A DNA stretch of 64,000 bases from Candidatus Methanomethylicia archaeon (GCA_029259155.1 JAPDJI010000017.1:64001-128000), one strand, 5' to 3'. Positions 1 to 10,533 are shown, counted from the stretch's first letter. Notes: generated by a model not told the origin, from the sequence alone. Program-made: numbers and translations.

Positions 1-608
1 GCTATACCTCTCTCCTGTGCTTCTCGCAGGGCTACTTCGAAGCTGACGTCGTCAAAATGCATTCTTGAAAGGATATAATTTGTGGTTCCGTTAAGTATAC
101 CGTATATTTTTCTTACATGATTGCCTCTTAAACAATCTCTCACCAGTGAAAAGATAGGTATGGCTCCGGCAACGGTTGCCTCATACTTGAGCTCTACACC
201 TTTACGTTTAGCTAAGTCCATTAACCTCTTGAAGGCTATGACGAGAGGTCCTTTATTTGAAGTAACTACGTGCATACCTAAGTTAAGTGCTTTCTCGATG
301 TGTGAAAGGCCTGGCTGCCCATCTACCACGTTCGTCGGTGTGGCCTCGATTAGTACGTCAGCCTCGCTGCGCTCTATAAGTTCGATCGACGATCCTTCAT
401 GTATTTTTTCAAAATACTCCGTTATTTTCGAGATTGAGGATGCTCTCTCAAGGTCTAAGCCTTCCTCATCAAATAAGAAGCCCTCAACATCAGAGATCCC
501 TACTAACTTAAACTGGGGGTGGAAGCTCTTAATGACAGCGAGTTTATCGCGAATTGACTTAACCAGGTTTCTCCCTATAAAGCCGAAGCCTACCAATATG
601 GCCCTCAT
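1..608 (-). CDS. hom: Homoserine dehydrogenase, 5' part (runs off window start)
   Basis: Not in ORF track. Minus-strand read from ATG at 608 gives MRAILVGFGFIGRNL (Rossmann GxGxxG), then HVVTSNKGP, YEATVAGAIP and GILNGTTNYIL. ATGA overlap with the ACT gene stop. Confidence 0.93.
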   Translation of the reverse strand, partial: MRAILVGFGFIGRNLVKSIRDKLAVIKSFHPQFKLVGISDVEGFLFDEEGLDLERASSISKITEYFEKIHEGSSIELIERSEADVLIEATPTNVVDGQPGLSHIEKALNLGMHVVTSNKGPLVIAFKRLMDLAKRKGVELKYEATVAGAIPIFSLVRDCLRGNHVRKIYGILNGTTNYILSRMHFDDVSFEVALREAQERGI

Positions 609-1087
609 TTCTTAGCCTCCTCTATGGGTAAGATGAGGAGGCCGCCCTCCTTCTCCACGGCCTCCTTGACCTTAGCCAAGGTACTTTCCAAGGCGCTGAG
701 AGGCCCTTCAAACGTGATCTTTAGAGCTCCTCCACTCTCTGGCCTAGTTTCTCCTTCAAAGCCAACTACCTTCACTTCCTTGTCAAACTCAGATAAGATT
801 GAGGTATCAGTTTTTCCTACCGCAACCACTGTCACCCTAGCTTTTTCGACGGCTTCCTCGAACTTCATTATCATTACATCCTTGGCCTCAAGCAGCTCCT
901 TGACCCTGAGCGGTGATGAGGTAGAAGGCAGCTCAACAACTAGGTCCACCGGAACTACACCTTCCACCACCTTCTCCCGTTCATGTACTATGGATACCAC
1001 GTTTCCACCTTCTCCCGCTAAGACTTCAAGTACCTTTAATAGCTCCCCTGGCCTATCAGGTAGCATTACGGTGAGCTCTAACCGCAA
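605..1087 (-). CDS. ACT-domain protein, probable allosteric subunit of homoserine dehydrogenase
   Basis: LPDRPGELLKVLEVLA..GGNVVSIVHER ACT signature; lies between thrC and hom. Confidence 0.85.
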   Translation of the reverse strand: MRLELTVMLPDRPGELLKVLEVLAGEGGNVVSIVHEREKVVEGVVPVDLVVELPSTSSPLRVKELLEAKDVMIMKFEEAVEKARVTVVAVGKTDTSILSEFDKEVKVVGFEGETRPESGGALKITFEGPLSALESTLAKVKEAVEKEGGLLILPIEEAKK

Positions 1088-2310
1088 CCTAAAACCCTCC
1101 CAACAACCTCCTCTACCCTACTTGATTCAACCTCGAAGGGTTCTTCATAGAACCTCACCACTATATCTGGGTCTTTAAGTCCATGGCCCGTGGCTACGCA
1201 TACTATAGTCTCGTCTCGACTAATGACACCTTGTTCAAGCATCTTGACTAACCCAGCTATGGAAGCTGCGCTTGCAGGTTCAACGAAGAGGCCTTCAAGC
1301 CTAGCTAACTCTCGCTGAGCATCGACGATTTCTTCGTCGCTCACCACAGTTACCCCTCCCTTTGACTCTACTACAGCAGCTTTAGCTTTAGACCAGTTAA
1401 CTGGGGCCCCTATCCTGATGGCGGAGGCAACGGTCTCAGGCTTATCAAGAGGGGTTAACTTATCTAGGTTCTGCAGTATCATGTGGGCGAAGGGGGCAGC
1501 GCCTTCGGCCTGAACCCCCATCATTTTAGGGGTCTCACGTGTAATTCCTAGTTCACGTAGCTCCTTAAACCCCTTCCATATAGCACTTATGTTACCTGCA
1601 TTGCCCACCGGCAGCACTATACGGTCTGGAACGCGTCGCCCTAACTGCTCGCATACCTCGTAAGCCAGAGTTTTCTGTCCTTCAAGTCTAAAGGGGTTAA
1701 CTGAATTTAGAAGATAAAGCCCTCTTTTTTCGCAAAGCTTCCTAACTTCCCTCAATGCGTCGTCGAAGCTCCCCTTTATCGCTAGCACCTTAGCTCCATG
1801 AGCTACTGCCTGCACAAGCTTTCCTCTCGCTATCTTACCGCTGGGCACTATTACGAGGCAAGGAAGCCCAGCTTTTGCTGAGTAGGCAGCTAATGAAGCG
1901 GAAGTATTACCAGTAGAAGCGCAGGCTGTGGCTTTAGCGCCAAGCTCCACTGCCTTTGTAACTCCAATGGTCATCCCCCTATCCTTGAAGGACCCAGTGG
2001 GGTTCTCTCCTTCATTCTTTACATAGAGCTCCTTAACTCCTAGCTTAGAAGCAAGCCGAGAACACCTATGCAGCCCAGTACCTCCCTCTCCAAGCGAGAC
2101 CTTTCTTGAAGAATCGGCGGGAAGTAGTTCCTGATACTTCCAGACCGAGAGAGGCCTCCTACTCCAGATCTCCAATAGCTGAGAGGCCTCAAGCCGAGAG
2201 TAGTCATAGGTTACATCGAGCAGCCCGCCACAAGCCTCACATGTATACACTATGGCATTGGGGGCATATTCCCGTCCACACTCAATACACTTAAGAGACT
2301 CTACGAACAT
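1078..2310 (-). CDS. thrC: Threonine synthase
   Basis: N-terminal CxxC..CxxC; NPTGSFKDRG PLP lysine; ASTGNTSAS; PVGNAGN; TGHGLKDPD. Confidence 0.95.
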   Translation of the reverse strand: MFVESLKCIECGREYAPNAIVYTCEACGGLLDVTYDYSRLEASQLLEIWSRRPLSVWKYQELLPADSSRKVSLGEGGTGLHRCSRLASKLGVKELYVKNEGENPTGSFKDRGMTIGVTKAVELGAKATACASTGNTSASLAAYSAKAGLPCLVIVPSGKIARGKLVQAVAHGAKVLAIKGSFDDALREVRKLCEKRGLYLLNSVNPFRLEGQKTLAYEVCEQLGRRVPDRIVLPVGNAGNISAIWKGFKELRELGITRETPKMMGVQAEGAAPFAHMILQNLDKLTPLDKPETVASAIRIGAPVNWSKAKAAVVESKGGVTVVSDEEIVDAQRELARLEGLFVEPASAASIAGLVKMLEQGVISRDETIVCVATGHGLKDPDIVVRFYEEPFEVESSRVEEVVGRVLGCG

Positions 2311-2443
2311 GGCCTACGCACGCCGCGACCTACGCTAGCCCTTCTCGCCCTTATAGTTAGCGCTATTCATTTATTATAGTCATCTCTGTGCGTAACCGTT
2401 TTATACAAAATGTACAGTTTTCTTCTGTTCGGTATTTGAGCGG

Positions 2444-3775
2444 GTGGTTGCAATGTCCACCGAACCGAAGTTTTGGGAACCGAACATCGAAACCATGTCT
2501 CTTGAAGAAATGAAGAAGCTTCAGTTAACTAGGTTGAAGGCACAGCTAAAGTACGTCTATGAGCGCAGCCCCTTCTACCGCAAGAAGTTTGATGAAGCTG
2601 GGGTTAAGCCAGAAGACCTTAAGACTCTAGAGGATCTTAAGAAGTTCCCCTTCACCACTAAGATGGACCTTAGACAGTACGCTTATCCTCATGGAGGCGA
2701 ACTACGATGCGTACCGTTAAGTGAAACCCCCTACTTCCACTGCACGTCTGGTACTACCGGTAAGCCCACTGTCATGTACTACACTAGGAATGATCAAGAA
2801 AAATGGGCCAACGTTATGGCTAGAGCGCTCTATGGTACCGGAATCAGGAAAGGAGATATTATGTTGAATAACTATGGATACGGCCTCTTCACAGGAGGAT
2901 TAGGCTTTCACTATGGCGCCATTAAGATAGGTGCTACTGTAATCCCATGGGGTGTTGGAAGGACGGAGGCGCTCATAGAAGCGCTGAGAGATTACAAGTG
3001 CACGGTTATAACTGGTACGCCGTCCTATGACTATTTCATAGGTGAACTCATTCAGAAGAAGGGCTTAGACCCTGAAAAAGAACTTAACCTTAAGATAGCG
3101 GTGCCTGGAGCTGAAACTTGGACCGAAGAGATGCGTAGGCGCATCGAGGAATGGTTAGGTTTGAAGGCCCATGGAGGCGGCGCTAGGATGATGTACGGCT
3201 TAACGGAGATGTTCGGTCCTGGGGTAGCTACGGAATGCGAGTACCAGAACGGTATGCATGTCTGGGTGGATCAATACTATGCGGAAATCATAGATCCTGA
3301 CACTGGGGAACCGTTAGAACCAGGTGAGCAAGGAGAACTCGTGCTCACGAACTTAGTTGCTGAAGCTATGCCGTTAATAAGGTATAGGACAAGGGACATT
3401 ACTAAGCTAATCTACGATCCCTGCGAATGTGGTAGAGTAGCTTTTCCGCGTATGCCAGGCGTATTAGGTAGAGTGGACGATGCTTTCTCGTACAAGGGTA
3501 CGAAAATCTATCCAAGCGCTATAGCTGAACGTATCATGAAGTTTAATGAAGTACAGGAGTTCCAAATTGTCTTCGACAAGACCGTGATGCCCTATAGACT
3601 AACCGTTAGGATAGAGGTACCTCCCGAGAAACGGTCTCCAGCACTTAAAGAGGCCATCCTCTCTGAGATCGATAAAGCAGTGTTCGTTAGGCCAGAGCTG
3701 GAATTCGTTGATGTAGGGTCACTGCCCCGCTGGGAAGGAAAAGCGAAAAGAGTCGTTACCCTAGAACCTAAGTAA
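2444..3775 (+). CDS. paaK: Phenylacetate-CoA ligase family (ANL adenylation enzyme)
   Basis: TSGTTGKP, YGYGLFTGGLGFHYGA, YGLTEMFGPG, PLIRYRTRD. Confidence 0.88.
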   Translation: MVAMSTEPKFWEPNIETMSLEEMKKLQLTRLKAQLKYVYERSPFYRKKFDEAGVKPEDLKTLEDLKKFPFTTKMDLRQYAYPHGGELRCVPLSETPYFHCTSGTTGKPTVMYYTRNDQEKWANVMARALYGTGIRKGDIMLNNYGYGLFTGGLGFHYGAIKIGATVIPWGVGRTEALIEALRDYKCTVITGTPSYDYFIGELIQKKGLDPEKELNLKIAVPGAETWTEEMRRRIEEWLGLKAHGGGARMMYGLTEMFGPGVATECEYQNGMHVWVDQYYAEIIDPDTGEPLEPGEQGELVLTNLVAEAMPLIRYRTRDITKLIYDPCECGRVAFPRMPGVLGRVDDAFSYKGTKIYPSAIAERIMKFNEVQEFQIVFDKTVMPYRLTVRIEVPPEKRSPALKEAILSEIDKAVFVRPELEFVDVGSLPRWEGKAKRVVTLEPK

Positions 3776-3868
3776 ATGTAGCCTTCGTTTCATCACTTTT
3801 TCTATATTTTTGATGCATTCCGTGCGAGCTAAAGATCTTAGCTCTAATAGGCTGCAATGCTGTGAGGA

Positions 3869-6800
3869 TTACCATATTTTGAGGGGGGCTCTTTCATGAT
3901 ATTCGTTGAGGGAGTTGACGGTCAGTTCGTTCCACCTCATCCATGCGAGAGCCTTAACTAGTGCTATAGCGCCCTCTATGGTAGTTATGACGGGTACCCC
4001 TAACTCTGTAGCTTTTCTTCTTATAACATATTCATCCTCCAGAACTTCACGTTGTCTTTCGGAAGCCGTAGAAGGTACGTTTATCACCAGATGTATGGCT
4101 CTCTCACCAAGTAGGTCGGCAATGTTGGGCTTACGGTCTTTTTCCCTTATTTTATATACAACTTTGACGTTGTTCACTCCCGACTTAACTAAGTGCTCTG
4201 CGGTGTGCTCGGTGGCATAGATATTGTAGCCTAAACTTCGCAGTGTTTTAGCAATAGGAACTGCTTCCTCTTTTTCGCGGTCTCCTCCGATGGTTATTAA
4301 AATGTTATCGTTAGGTTGAGGTATCCTAAAGCCGGCAGCTATCAATGATTTTAGGAAGGCATCAAAGAAGTTTTCGCCGAGGCAGGCCACTTCGCCTGTT
4401 GACCTCATCTCCACCCCGAGTGTGGGGTCGGCGCCCTCCACTTGCATGAAGGAGAACTGGGGAGTCTTGATACCTACGCATGGAGCTGGAGGCTCCTCAA
4501 AGGGGAGGGGCTCCATGGGTTTGCCCAGCAGGATGGGAGCAGATAGCTTCATTAGGTTGATGGCCTTTACCTTGGACACGAAGGGCATGGACCTTGAGGC
4601 CCTTAGGTTACACTCTATCACGTATACTTCATCGTTCTTTACCACGAACTGTATGTTGAAGGGGCCTTTAATCCGGAGGGCTCTGGCTATTTTACATGCA
4701 TAGTCTTTCACCTTCTCCATTATCTCTTCAGAAAGTCTCTGAGGAGGTATCACCATGGTGGCGTCTCCTGAGTGGACTCCTGCCCTCTCGACGTGTTCTA
4801 TGACGGCGCCTATCAACACCTTTTCCCCATCAGATACTCCGTCCACCTCCACCTCAAGTGCGCCCTCAATAAACTTGCTTATCACGACGGGGTGCTCAGG
4901 ACTGACCTTAGCCGCCTTAATCAGGTAGTCCTTCAACTGTTCTTTGGACCAAGCTACCCTCATGGCTGCTCCGCTAAGCACGTAAGAGGGCCTGACTAAA
5001 ACAGGGTAACTTACTTGTTCAGCGAATTTTTCGGCTTCTTCAATTGAAGTGAATTTGCTCCACTTAGGTTGAGGTATACTGAGTTCGTCGAGAAGCTTAC
5101 TGAACTTAGACCTATCTTCTGCTCTATCAACATCTTCCCCAGCCGTTCCTAGTATCCTTACCCCTGCCTTGGCTAGCTTGGGAGCTAGATTATTAGGGGT
5201 TTGACCACCAACGCAGGTTATAACGCCCAAAGGCTTCTCCTTCTCATAGATATCGAGAACCCTCTCATAGGTAAGTTCGTCGAAGTATAGTTTATCACTC
5301 ATGTCATAGTCTGTTGAGACTGTTTCAGGGTTGCAGTTTATCACTATGACCTGGTCTATTCCCTGTTCCTTAAGTGACCATACCATGTTCATAGTGCACC
5401 AGTCAAATTCCACCGAGCTACCTATTCGGTAGGTTCCAGCCCCAAGCACTATGACTTTACGCTTACCCTTGGTGAAGTCCACATCATCATCATCGCCACC
5501 ATAGGTGACGTATAGATAGTTAGTTTGAGCAGGCCACTCGGCAGCTAAAGTATCTATTTGTTTCACTACAGGCTTTATGCCTAGCTTTAGCCTTAGCTTT
5601 CTAACCTCCTCCTCGTCAACTCCCCAGAGCACCGCTATTTGCCTATCTGAGAAACCAAGCCTCTTGGCCTCCTTAAGTAGCTCCTTTAACTCTTCCCCGC
5701 GTTGTCCCTTAACCTTCCTGAGCTTCTCCTCCATATCTAGCAGGTTTTTGATCTTTCTGATGAACCATTCATCTATGTTGGATAGCTTACTAACCCTTTC
5801 AATAGGTAACCCGGCTCTCAGGGCTCTAACTACGTTGAAGAGATGGTCGTCGTTGGTCATTAACAGCAGGTGCTCTAGCTCTTCTATGGAGCCTACAGGC
5901 TCTTCATCTGGATTGGCAACCAGCCCTAGCTTGCCTTTATCAAGCATCCTTATCGCTTTCTGTAAAGCTTCCTCGAAGCATCGACCTACTGCCATCACTT
6001 CGCCTACAGATTTCATCTGTGTACCGATTCTTCTAGTGGCTCTCTCAAACTTATCCAGGTCCCATCTGGGTATCTTGACCACCACGTAGTCTAGGGCTGG
6101 CTCGAAACATGCAGTCGTGATCCTTGTAACCTTGTTTATCAGCTCAGGTAATGTATAGCCAAGTGCCAGCTTAGCTGCCATATAGGCTAATGGATAACCA
6201 GTAGCTTTCGATGCTAAAGCTGAAGACCTCGAAAGCCTGGGGTTAATCTCTATGGCATAAAACCTTTCAGAGTTAGGGTCTAAGGCGAACTGTATATTAC
6301 ACTCACCTACTATCCCACAGGCTCTGACTGCCCTTATGGAGGCTGAGCGAAGAATATGATATTCCCTGTTGGTTAAGGTTTGAGAAGGGGCAACCACCAC
6401 GTTATCGCCAGTGTGAATACGCATACCAAACACGTTTTCCATGTTACAGACTATGATGCAGTTGTCGTCGTAATCCCTCATTACCTCGTATTCCACTTGT
6501 TTCCAATGCCCTACGTATTCTTCTATCAATACTTGCCCTATCATGCTATTAGCTATCCCACGTCTAACTATCTCGTCGAGCTCGTACTCATTGTAAGCTA
6601 CTCCAGAGCCTCTACCACCTAGGTTGTAAGCTACTCTCACCATAACCGGGTACCCTAACTTCTCGGCCTCCTCTCGTGCCTCCTCTACAGAAGTCACGGC
6701 TCGGCTACGCGGCGTCGGTATGTCTGCCTTCTCCATGGCCTTGCAGAAGAGGTCCCTGTCCTCCGTCACCTCGATACCATGAAGCGAGGTACCTATGATC

Positions 6801-7141
6801 TGTACCCCGTACTTCTCCAATACTCCTGATTTAGCTAGCTGTACACCGCAGTTAAGGGCTGTCTGTCCTCCGAAGCCTAGAAGAATGCTGTCAGGCCTTT
6901 CCTTAGCTATGACCTTCTCTACGAAGTAAGGGGTAACTGGGAGGAGATACACCTTATCGGCTAATTGCGGGTCGGTCTGGATAGTGGCTATATTAGGGTT
7001 CACTAAGATAGTTTTGACGCCTTCTTCCTTCAACGCCTTGATGGCTTGAGACCCGCTGTAATCGAACTCTCCAGCTTCCGCTATCTTGATGGCTCCTGAA
7101 CCCAGTATAATGGTTTTCTTAATCCAGTCGAACTTGGGCAC
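3869..7141 (-). CDS. carB: Carbamoyl-phosphate synthase large subunit
   Basis: GSGAIKIAEAGEFDYSGSQA, duplicated ATP-grasp domains, C-terminal MGS domain, 1090 aa. Confidence 0.97.
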   Translation of the reverse strand: MPKFDWIKKTIILGSGAIKIAEAGEFDYSGSQAIKALKEEGVKTILVNPNIATIQTDPQLADKVYLLPVTPYFVEKVIAKERPDSILLGFGGQTALNCGVQLAKSGVLEKYGVQIIGTSLHGIEVTEDRDLFCKAMEKADIPTPRSRAVTSVEEAREEAEKLGYPVMVRVAYNLGGRGSGVAYNEYELDEIVRRGIANSMIGQVLIEEYVGHWKQVEYEVMRDYDDNCIIVCNMENVFGMRIHTGDNVVVAPSQTLTNREYHILRSASIRAVRACGIVGECNIQFALDPNSERFYAIEINPRLSRSSALASKATGYPLAYMAAKLALGYTLPELINKVTRITTACFEPALDYVVVKIPRWDLDKFERATRRIGTQMKSVGEVMAVGRCFEEALQKAIRMLDKGKLGLVANPDEEPVGSIEELEHLLLMTNDDHLFNVVRALRAGLPIERVSKLSNIDEWFIRKIKNLLDMEEKLRKVKGQRGEELKELLKEAKRLGFSDRQIAVLWGVDEEEVRKLRLKLGIKPVVKQIDTLAAEWPAQTNYLYVTYGGDDDDVDFTKGKRKVIVLGAGTYRIGSSVEFDWCTMNMVWSLKEQGIDQVIVINCNPETVSTDYDMSDKLYFDELTYERVLDIYEKEKPLGVITCVGGQTPNNLAPKLAKAGVRILGTAGEDVDRAEDRSKFSKLLDELSIPQPKWSKFTSIEEAEKFAEQVSYPVLVRPSYVLSGAAMRVAWSKEQLKDYLIKAAKVSPEHPVVISKFIEGALEVEVDGVSDGEKVLIGAVIEHVERAGVHSGDATMVIPPQRLSEEIMEKVKDYACKIARALRIKGPFNIQFVVKNDEVYVIECNLRASRSMPFVSKVKAINLMKLSAPILLGKPMEPLPFEEPPAPCVGIKTPQFSFMQVEGADPTLGVEMRSTGEVACLGENFFDAFLKSLIAAGFRIPQPNDNILITIGGDREKEEAVPIAKTLRSLGYNIYATEHTAEHLVKSGVNNVKVVYKIREKDRKPNIADLLGERAIHLVINVPSTASERQREVLEDEYVIRRKATELGVPVITTIEGAIALVKALAWMRWNELTVNSLNEYHERAPLKIW

Positions 7142-8277
7142 TAGCCTCCCCTCATCGTCTTGATGAATAGGTCAAAAATCCACTCTGTGTCGTATGGACC
7201 AGGCCTAGCTTCTGGATGAAATTGTACTGCAAAGCAGGGTTTTTCTTTATGGCGTACTCCTTCCACGGTTTTATCGTCAGCATTTACGAACCAAACTTCT
7301 AAACCTGTGTCTCTTAGAGATGATTGGTCAACGGCATAGCCATGGTTCTGGCTAGTTATATAACATAGCCCAGTTTCTAGGTTGATACAGGGCTTATTCT
7401 GTCCTCTATGTCCATACTTCAACTTGTAAGTATCTCCTCCTAGCGCTAGCGAGATAATCTGATTGCCTAAACATATTCCAAGCAGCGGGATACCTATTTC
7501 GTAAAGCTCCTTTACAGTTTTCACCGTGGCTATGCATTGCTTAGGGTCTCCAGGTCCATTACTTACGAGTACTCCTTTAGGTTCATAGCTTAGGACCTCG
7601 TCGACCGCAGCGTTGTAGGGAAGTCTAATTACCGTAACCCCTCTTTGAAGAAGCCCTCTGACGATTCCTACTTTAACGCCACAGTCTAAGACTACTACCG
7701 TTGGTTTTCCTCCCTGGTGTACCAAGGGCTCCTTGACCGTAACTTGCTCCACGTAATTAATTTCCCCATATTTAGGGGCTCTCTCTAGGGCTTTGAAGGC
7801 ATCATCAATAGAGGGCTCCTCAGATACCTGAAGGGCCCCCATCATGACTCCTTGAACTCTAAGCTTTTTCGTTAACCGCCTGGTGTCTACGCCTGTGATA
7901 CCAGGTATGCCTTCCTCAGCAAGCCAGGAATGGAAGGTTTTGCTCATAGCCCAGTGTTTAGGCTCCTCGCAAAGCTCATGTATTATGACACCAGCCACCT
8001 GAATCCTATGTGATTCAAAGTGTACAGGGAGCCCAAACTCGTCAACTTGAGCATAAGGTGGAACACCATAGTTACCTATCAATGGGTAAGTGAAGCATAG
8101 GATCTGGCCTTTATAGGAAGGATCAGTTAAGGCTTCAGGGTAACCTACCATACCTGTGTTAAAGACGACTTCACCGACTACAAGTCCAGGTGCGCCGCAA
8201 CCTCTACCTTCTACGAAGGTACCATCTTCCAGTGCTAAAACAGCCTTAAGGTTCTTACTTGTCCTCTTGCTCTGGAT
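7141..8277 (-). CDS. carA: Carbamoyl-phosphate synthase small subunit; start extended upstream of the tracked ATG at 8151
   Basis: SNGPGDP, GICLG, HPE glutaminase motifs. Conserved KAVLALEDGTFVEG..GEVVFNTG lies in frame upstream of 8151 with no ATG/GTG/TTG before an in-frame TAA. ATC at 8277 is the proposed start (uncertain). Confidence 0.93.
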   Translation of the reverse strand: MQSKRTSKNLKAVLALEDGTFVEGRGCGAPGLVVGEVVFNTGMVGYPEALTDPSYKGQILCFTYPLIGNYGVPPYAQVDEFGLPVHFESHRIQVAGVIIHELCEEPKHWAMSKTFHSWLAEEGIPGITGVDTRRLTKKLRVQGVMMGALQVSEEPSIDDAFKALERAPKYGEINYVEQVTVKEPLVHQGGKPTVVVLDCGVKVGIVRGLLQRGVTVIRLPYNAAVDEVLSYEPKGVLVSNGPGDPKQCIATVKTVKELYEIGIPLLGICLGNQIISLALGGDTYKLKYGHRGQNKPCINLETGLCYITSQNHGYAVDQSSLRDTGLEVWFVNADDKTVEGVRHKEKPCFAVQFHPEARPGPYDTEWIFDLFIKTMRGG

Positions 8278-8476
8278 GGCGAGAACCCAGCTTTAAACGC
8301 TGCCTGTCCCCCTCTAATAAGGCTTACTCTAAAATGGTTTAATCAGTGATCAAAACGGCCTTTTCTAGGTCTTACTGCATCGCCACGCGACCAACCTTTG
8401 ACTTCTCACCTGGACCGAGCTTACAACAAAGGGTTCTTGGGCCTATTTTATAGGTGGAATGGATAGTGCAACTAAC

Positions 8477-8782
8477 TCATGGAGGGTAAGGGAAGCCTTC
8501 CATGAATCTTGATAGATCGCAAAGCCTCTCGACCTTAACCCTAAACTCTGCTCTCTCTGAAAACTTTTCAATGATTTGCCTAACAATTATTTTAGAGGCT
8601 TCGCCAAATATTTCATATAGGCAGTCCTCGAACAATTCGAGCTTAAACGGAATCTCAGTTTCATTTATTCCATATTTAGTTTTAGCATAGAACAACACTA
8701 CTTCCTTTACCGTATGGCCGAACATGGACAGGGCATCATCCACTGCTTGGATGAATAACCTAGCCCAGTCGGCCACGCTCAT
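8477..8782 (-). CDS. Small helical protein, DUF3227/NitrOD-like archaeal domain
   Basis: Pattern AVDDALSMFG..VKEVVLFY...YGI...EIP.K.ELF..CL.EIFGEASKII; AGGT SD upstream. Confidence 0.6.
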   Translation of the reverse strand: MSVADWARLFIQAVDDALSMFGHTVKEVVLFYAKTKYGINETEIPFKLELFEDCLYEIFGEASKIIVRQIIEKFSERAEFRVKVERLCDLSRFMEGFPYPP

Positions 8783-8850
8783 TCGTAATACCTACGTAAT
8801 ACCTCTGTAAGGTTACATTTAAATATTTATCTAGAATTGTATGTACTGGT

Positions 8851-9021
8851 ATGGAGTTAGCGCAGAACGCCATTACTTACGCCCTAATCCAGGCCGCTAC
8901 TCTAGAATTTCTAGTACCTGGTGAGAAGCAGTACCCATTGATGTTAAGGGCTATAGGTCAAGAACTAGAACACCACGTGGAGCTTCTTCGAAGTCTTGCT
9001 TCGCTCCTCGAAAACACTTAG
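8851..9021 (+). CDS. Putative 56 aa helical microprotein
   Basis: MELAQNAITYALIQAATLEFLVPGEKQYPLMLRAIGQELEHHVELLRSLASLLENT; TATA-like TTTAAATA at ~8818; below ORF-track length cutoff. Confidence 0.45.
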   Translation: MELAQNAITYALIQAATLEFLVPGEKQYPLMLRAIGQELEHHVELLRSLASLLENT

Positions 9022-9214
9022 TTCAGGCATCTAACGTAGAAGCTAGCAGCTTTTGTCTTAGTTCCTTAATGGAGGATCAAGTTGTGAATGTAACACGTGA
9101 TTTAAACTGCTCGTAAGTTTACGGACCATTTAACCTAGTATTCTCCGCTATGGAGAGGAAAGCAAACTATTTATCCTCAAGGGGAGGCTTACCAAAGCAC
9201 ATCTAGGGGTATCG

Positions 9215-9877
9215 ATGTCCATGGAACCAGCCCCACCACTGATTGAGCGGAAGGTTAGAGATCTCGTACTCGAACACGTGAGAAGAGTTTGTGAAGCTGT
9301 TAGGAACATGGTACTTACTATAGAAAGTTACGTCTCCATGGATCAAAGAGGTGTGGCTCTTCACCTTACACGAACTAAGCAAATGGAGGGGGAAGCTGAT
9401 GACTACAGGAGGAACATCTATGAGTATCTAGCTAAAGCTTCTCCAGCTTTACTCAACAGAGAGGATTGGGTTAGACTTTCCATAGATCTTGATAAGATGG
9501 CTGACCTAGCTTACAGCGTAGCTTACCGCATATCCATAGCTTGCGATAAAGCTTGGTTCCCTCCAAGTGAAGTGGTCTCTAAGCTAGGAGAGATGGCAGA
9601 GGCTACGCTACAGCTCTGTGAGAAGTTGAAAGAAGCTTTGTTCACGTATACGTTTAACGTTGAACATGCCTTAAACGTGTGTCGTGAGATAGAAGGTATG
9701 GAGGAAGATATAGATAGAATCCACCGTGACTTAGCGATGATGATCTTAGAGGTGGCTGCTCCTCTACCCTTAACCTTACTGTTGAGGGATATTTGCGAAC
9801 GTATGGAGAGTATTTCTGACTTTATTCTTGATGCTGTACAAGACTTACGCCTCTTAGCCTTCTACCGGTTCTCCTAG
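9215..9877 (+). CDS. DUF47 / PhoU-like phosphate transport regulator
   Basis: Two ExxAD..RR / ExxID repeats; NREDW..L...LDKMAD. Confidence 0.85.
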   Translation: MSMEPAPPLIERKVRDLVLEHVRRVCEAVRNMVLTIESYVSMDQRGVALHLTRTKQMEGEADDYRRNIYEYLAKASPALLNREDWVRLSIDLDKMADLAYSVAYRISIACDKAWFPPSEVVSKLGEMAEATLQLCEKLKEALFTYTFNVEHALNVCREIEGMEEDIDRIHRDLAMMILEVAAPLPLTLLLRDICERMESISDFILDAVQDLRLLAFYRFS

Positions 9878-9924
9878 CTCAGCTTTAATATTAACCCCCC
9901 TCCTTAGTTTAGCTTAGATCTACC

Positions 9925-10476
9925 ATGGAGTCGAAGCCGACCGTTGTCCTTTCAGGACCTCGAGCTATTGTATGGAACTTGAAAGATGCAGCTAGGCTAT
10001 ATAAGGAGGGTTTTTACGGCAAGTTCGTAGGTGTAAATAAGCCTAAGACACCTGACCTGGAAAAACCTCTTGAACTCTCACTAATAGAGACCATCTATCT
10101 TCTTGAAAAAGGAAGGATAAAGGTGGTAGATGAGGAAGGAAAAGAGCTGAGCCTAGATGAGGTAAGGAGAATAGCTGAGAAGGAGGAGTCTTTTAATGAC
10201 CACTATAGGGTCTATAAGGATCTTAGAGAGAAAGGCTACGTGGTTAGGCCAGGACTCAAGTTTGGGGCTACCTTCGCGGTATATAAGTATGGACCAGGTA
10301 TAGATCATGCCCCCTTCCTCGTCCACGTAGTCCCTCCTAGCGTAAAGATGGATCCAATTGAAGTCGTGAGAGCGGGAAGACTTTCCCATAGTGTTAGAAA
10401 GAGGTTTATTCTGGCTACGACTAACCCCTCCACGAAAGAACTAAACTATTATATGTTCTCGTGGTGGAGGCCTTGA
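9925..10476 (+). CDS. endA: tRNA-splicing endonuclease, catalytic-type subunit
   Basis: LSLIETIYL, VYKDLREKGYVVRPGLKFG, catalytic Y/H/K in VYKYGPGIDHAPF and HSVRK. Confidence 0.93.
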   Translation: MESKPTVVLSGPRAIVWNLKDAARLYKEGFYGKFVGVNKPKTPDLEKPLELSLIETIYLLEKGRIKVVDEEGKELSLDEVRRIAEKEESFNDHYRVYKDLREKGYVVRPGLKFGATFAVYKYGPGIDHAPFLVHVVPPSVKMDPIEVVRAGRLSHSVRKRFILATTNPSTKELNYYMFSWWRP

Positions 10477-10533
10477 AGCGGAGCTAGGACTAAACTTAAA
10501 TATTTCCCCCCTTTTAAGCGTCGGGCTCGTTGC

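Noticed and set aside
121-1178. Plus-strand ORFs 121-615 and 624-1178, and the many similar Ser/Thr-rich ORFs across the track
   Set aside because: Antisense shadows of well-supported genes, with no motifs of their own.
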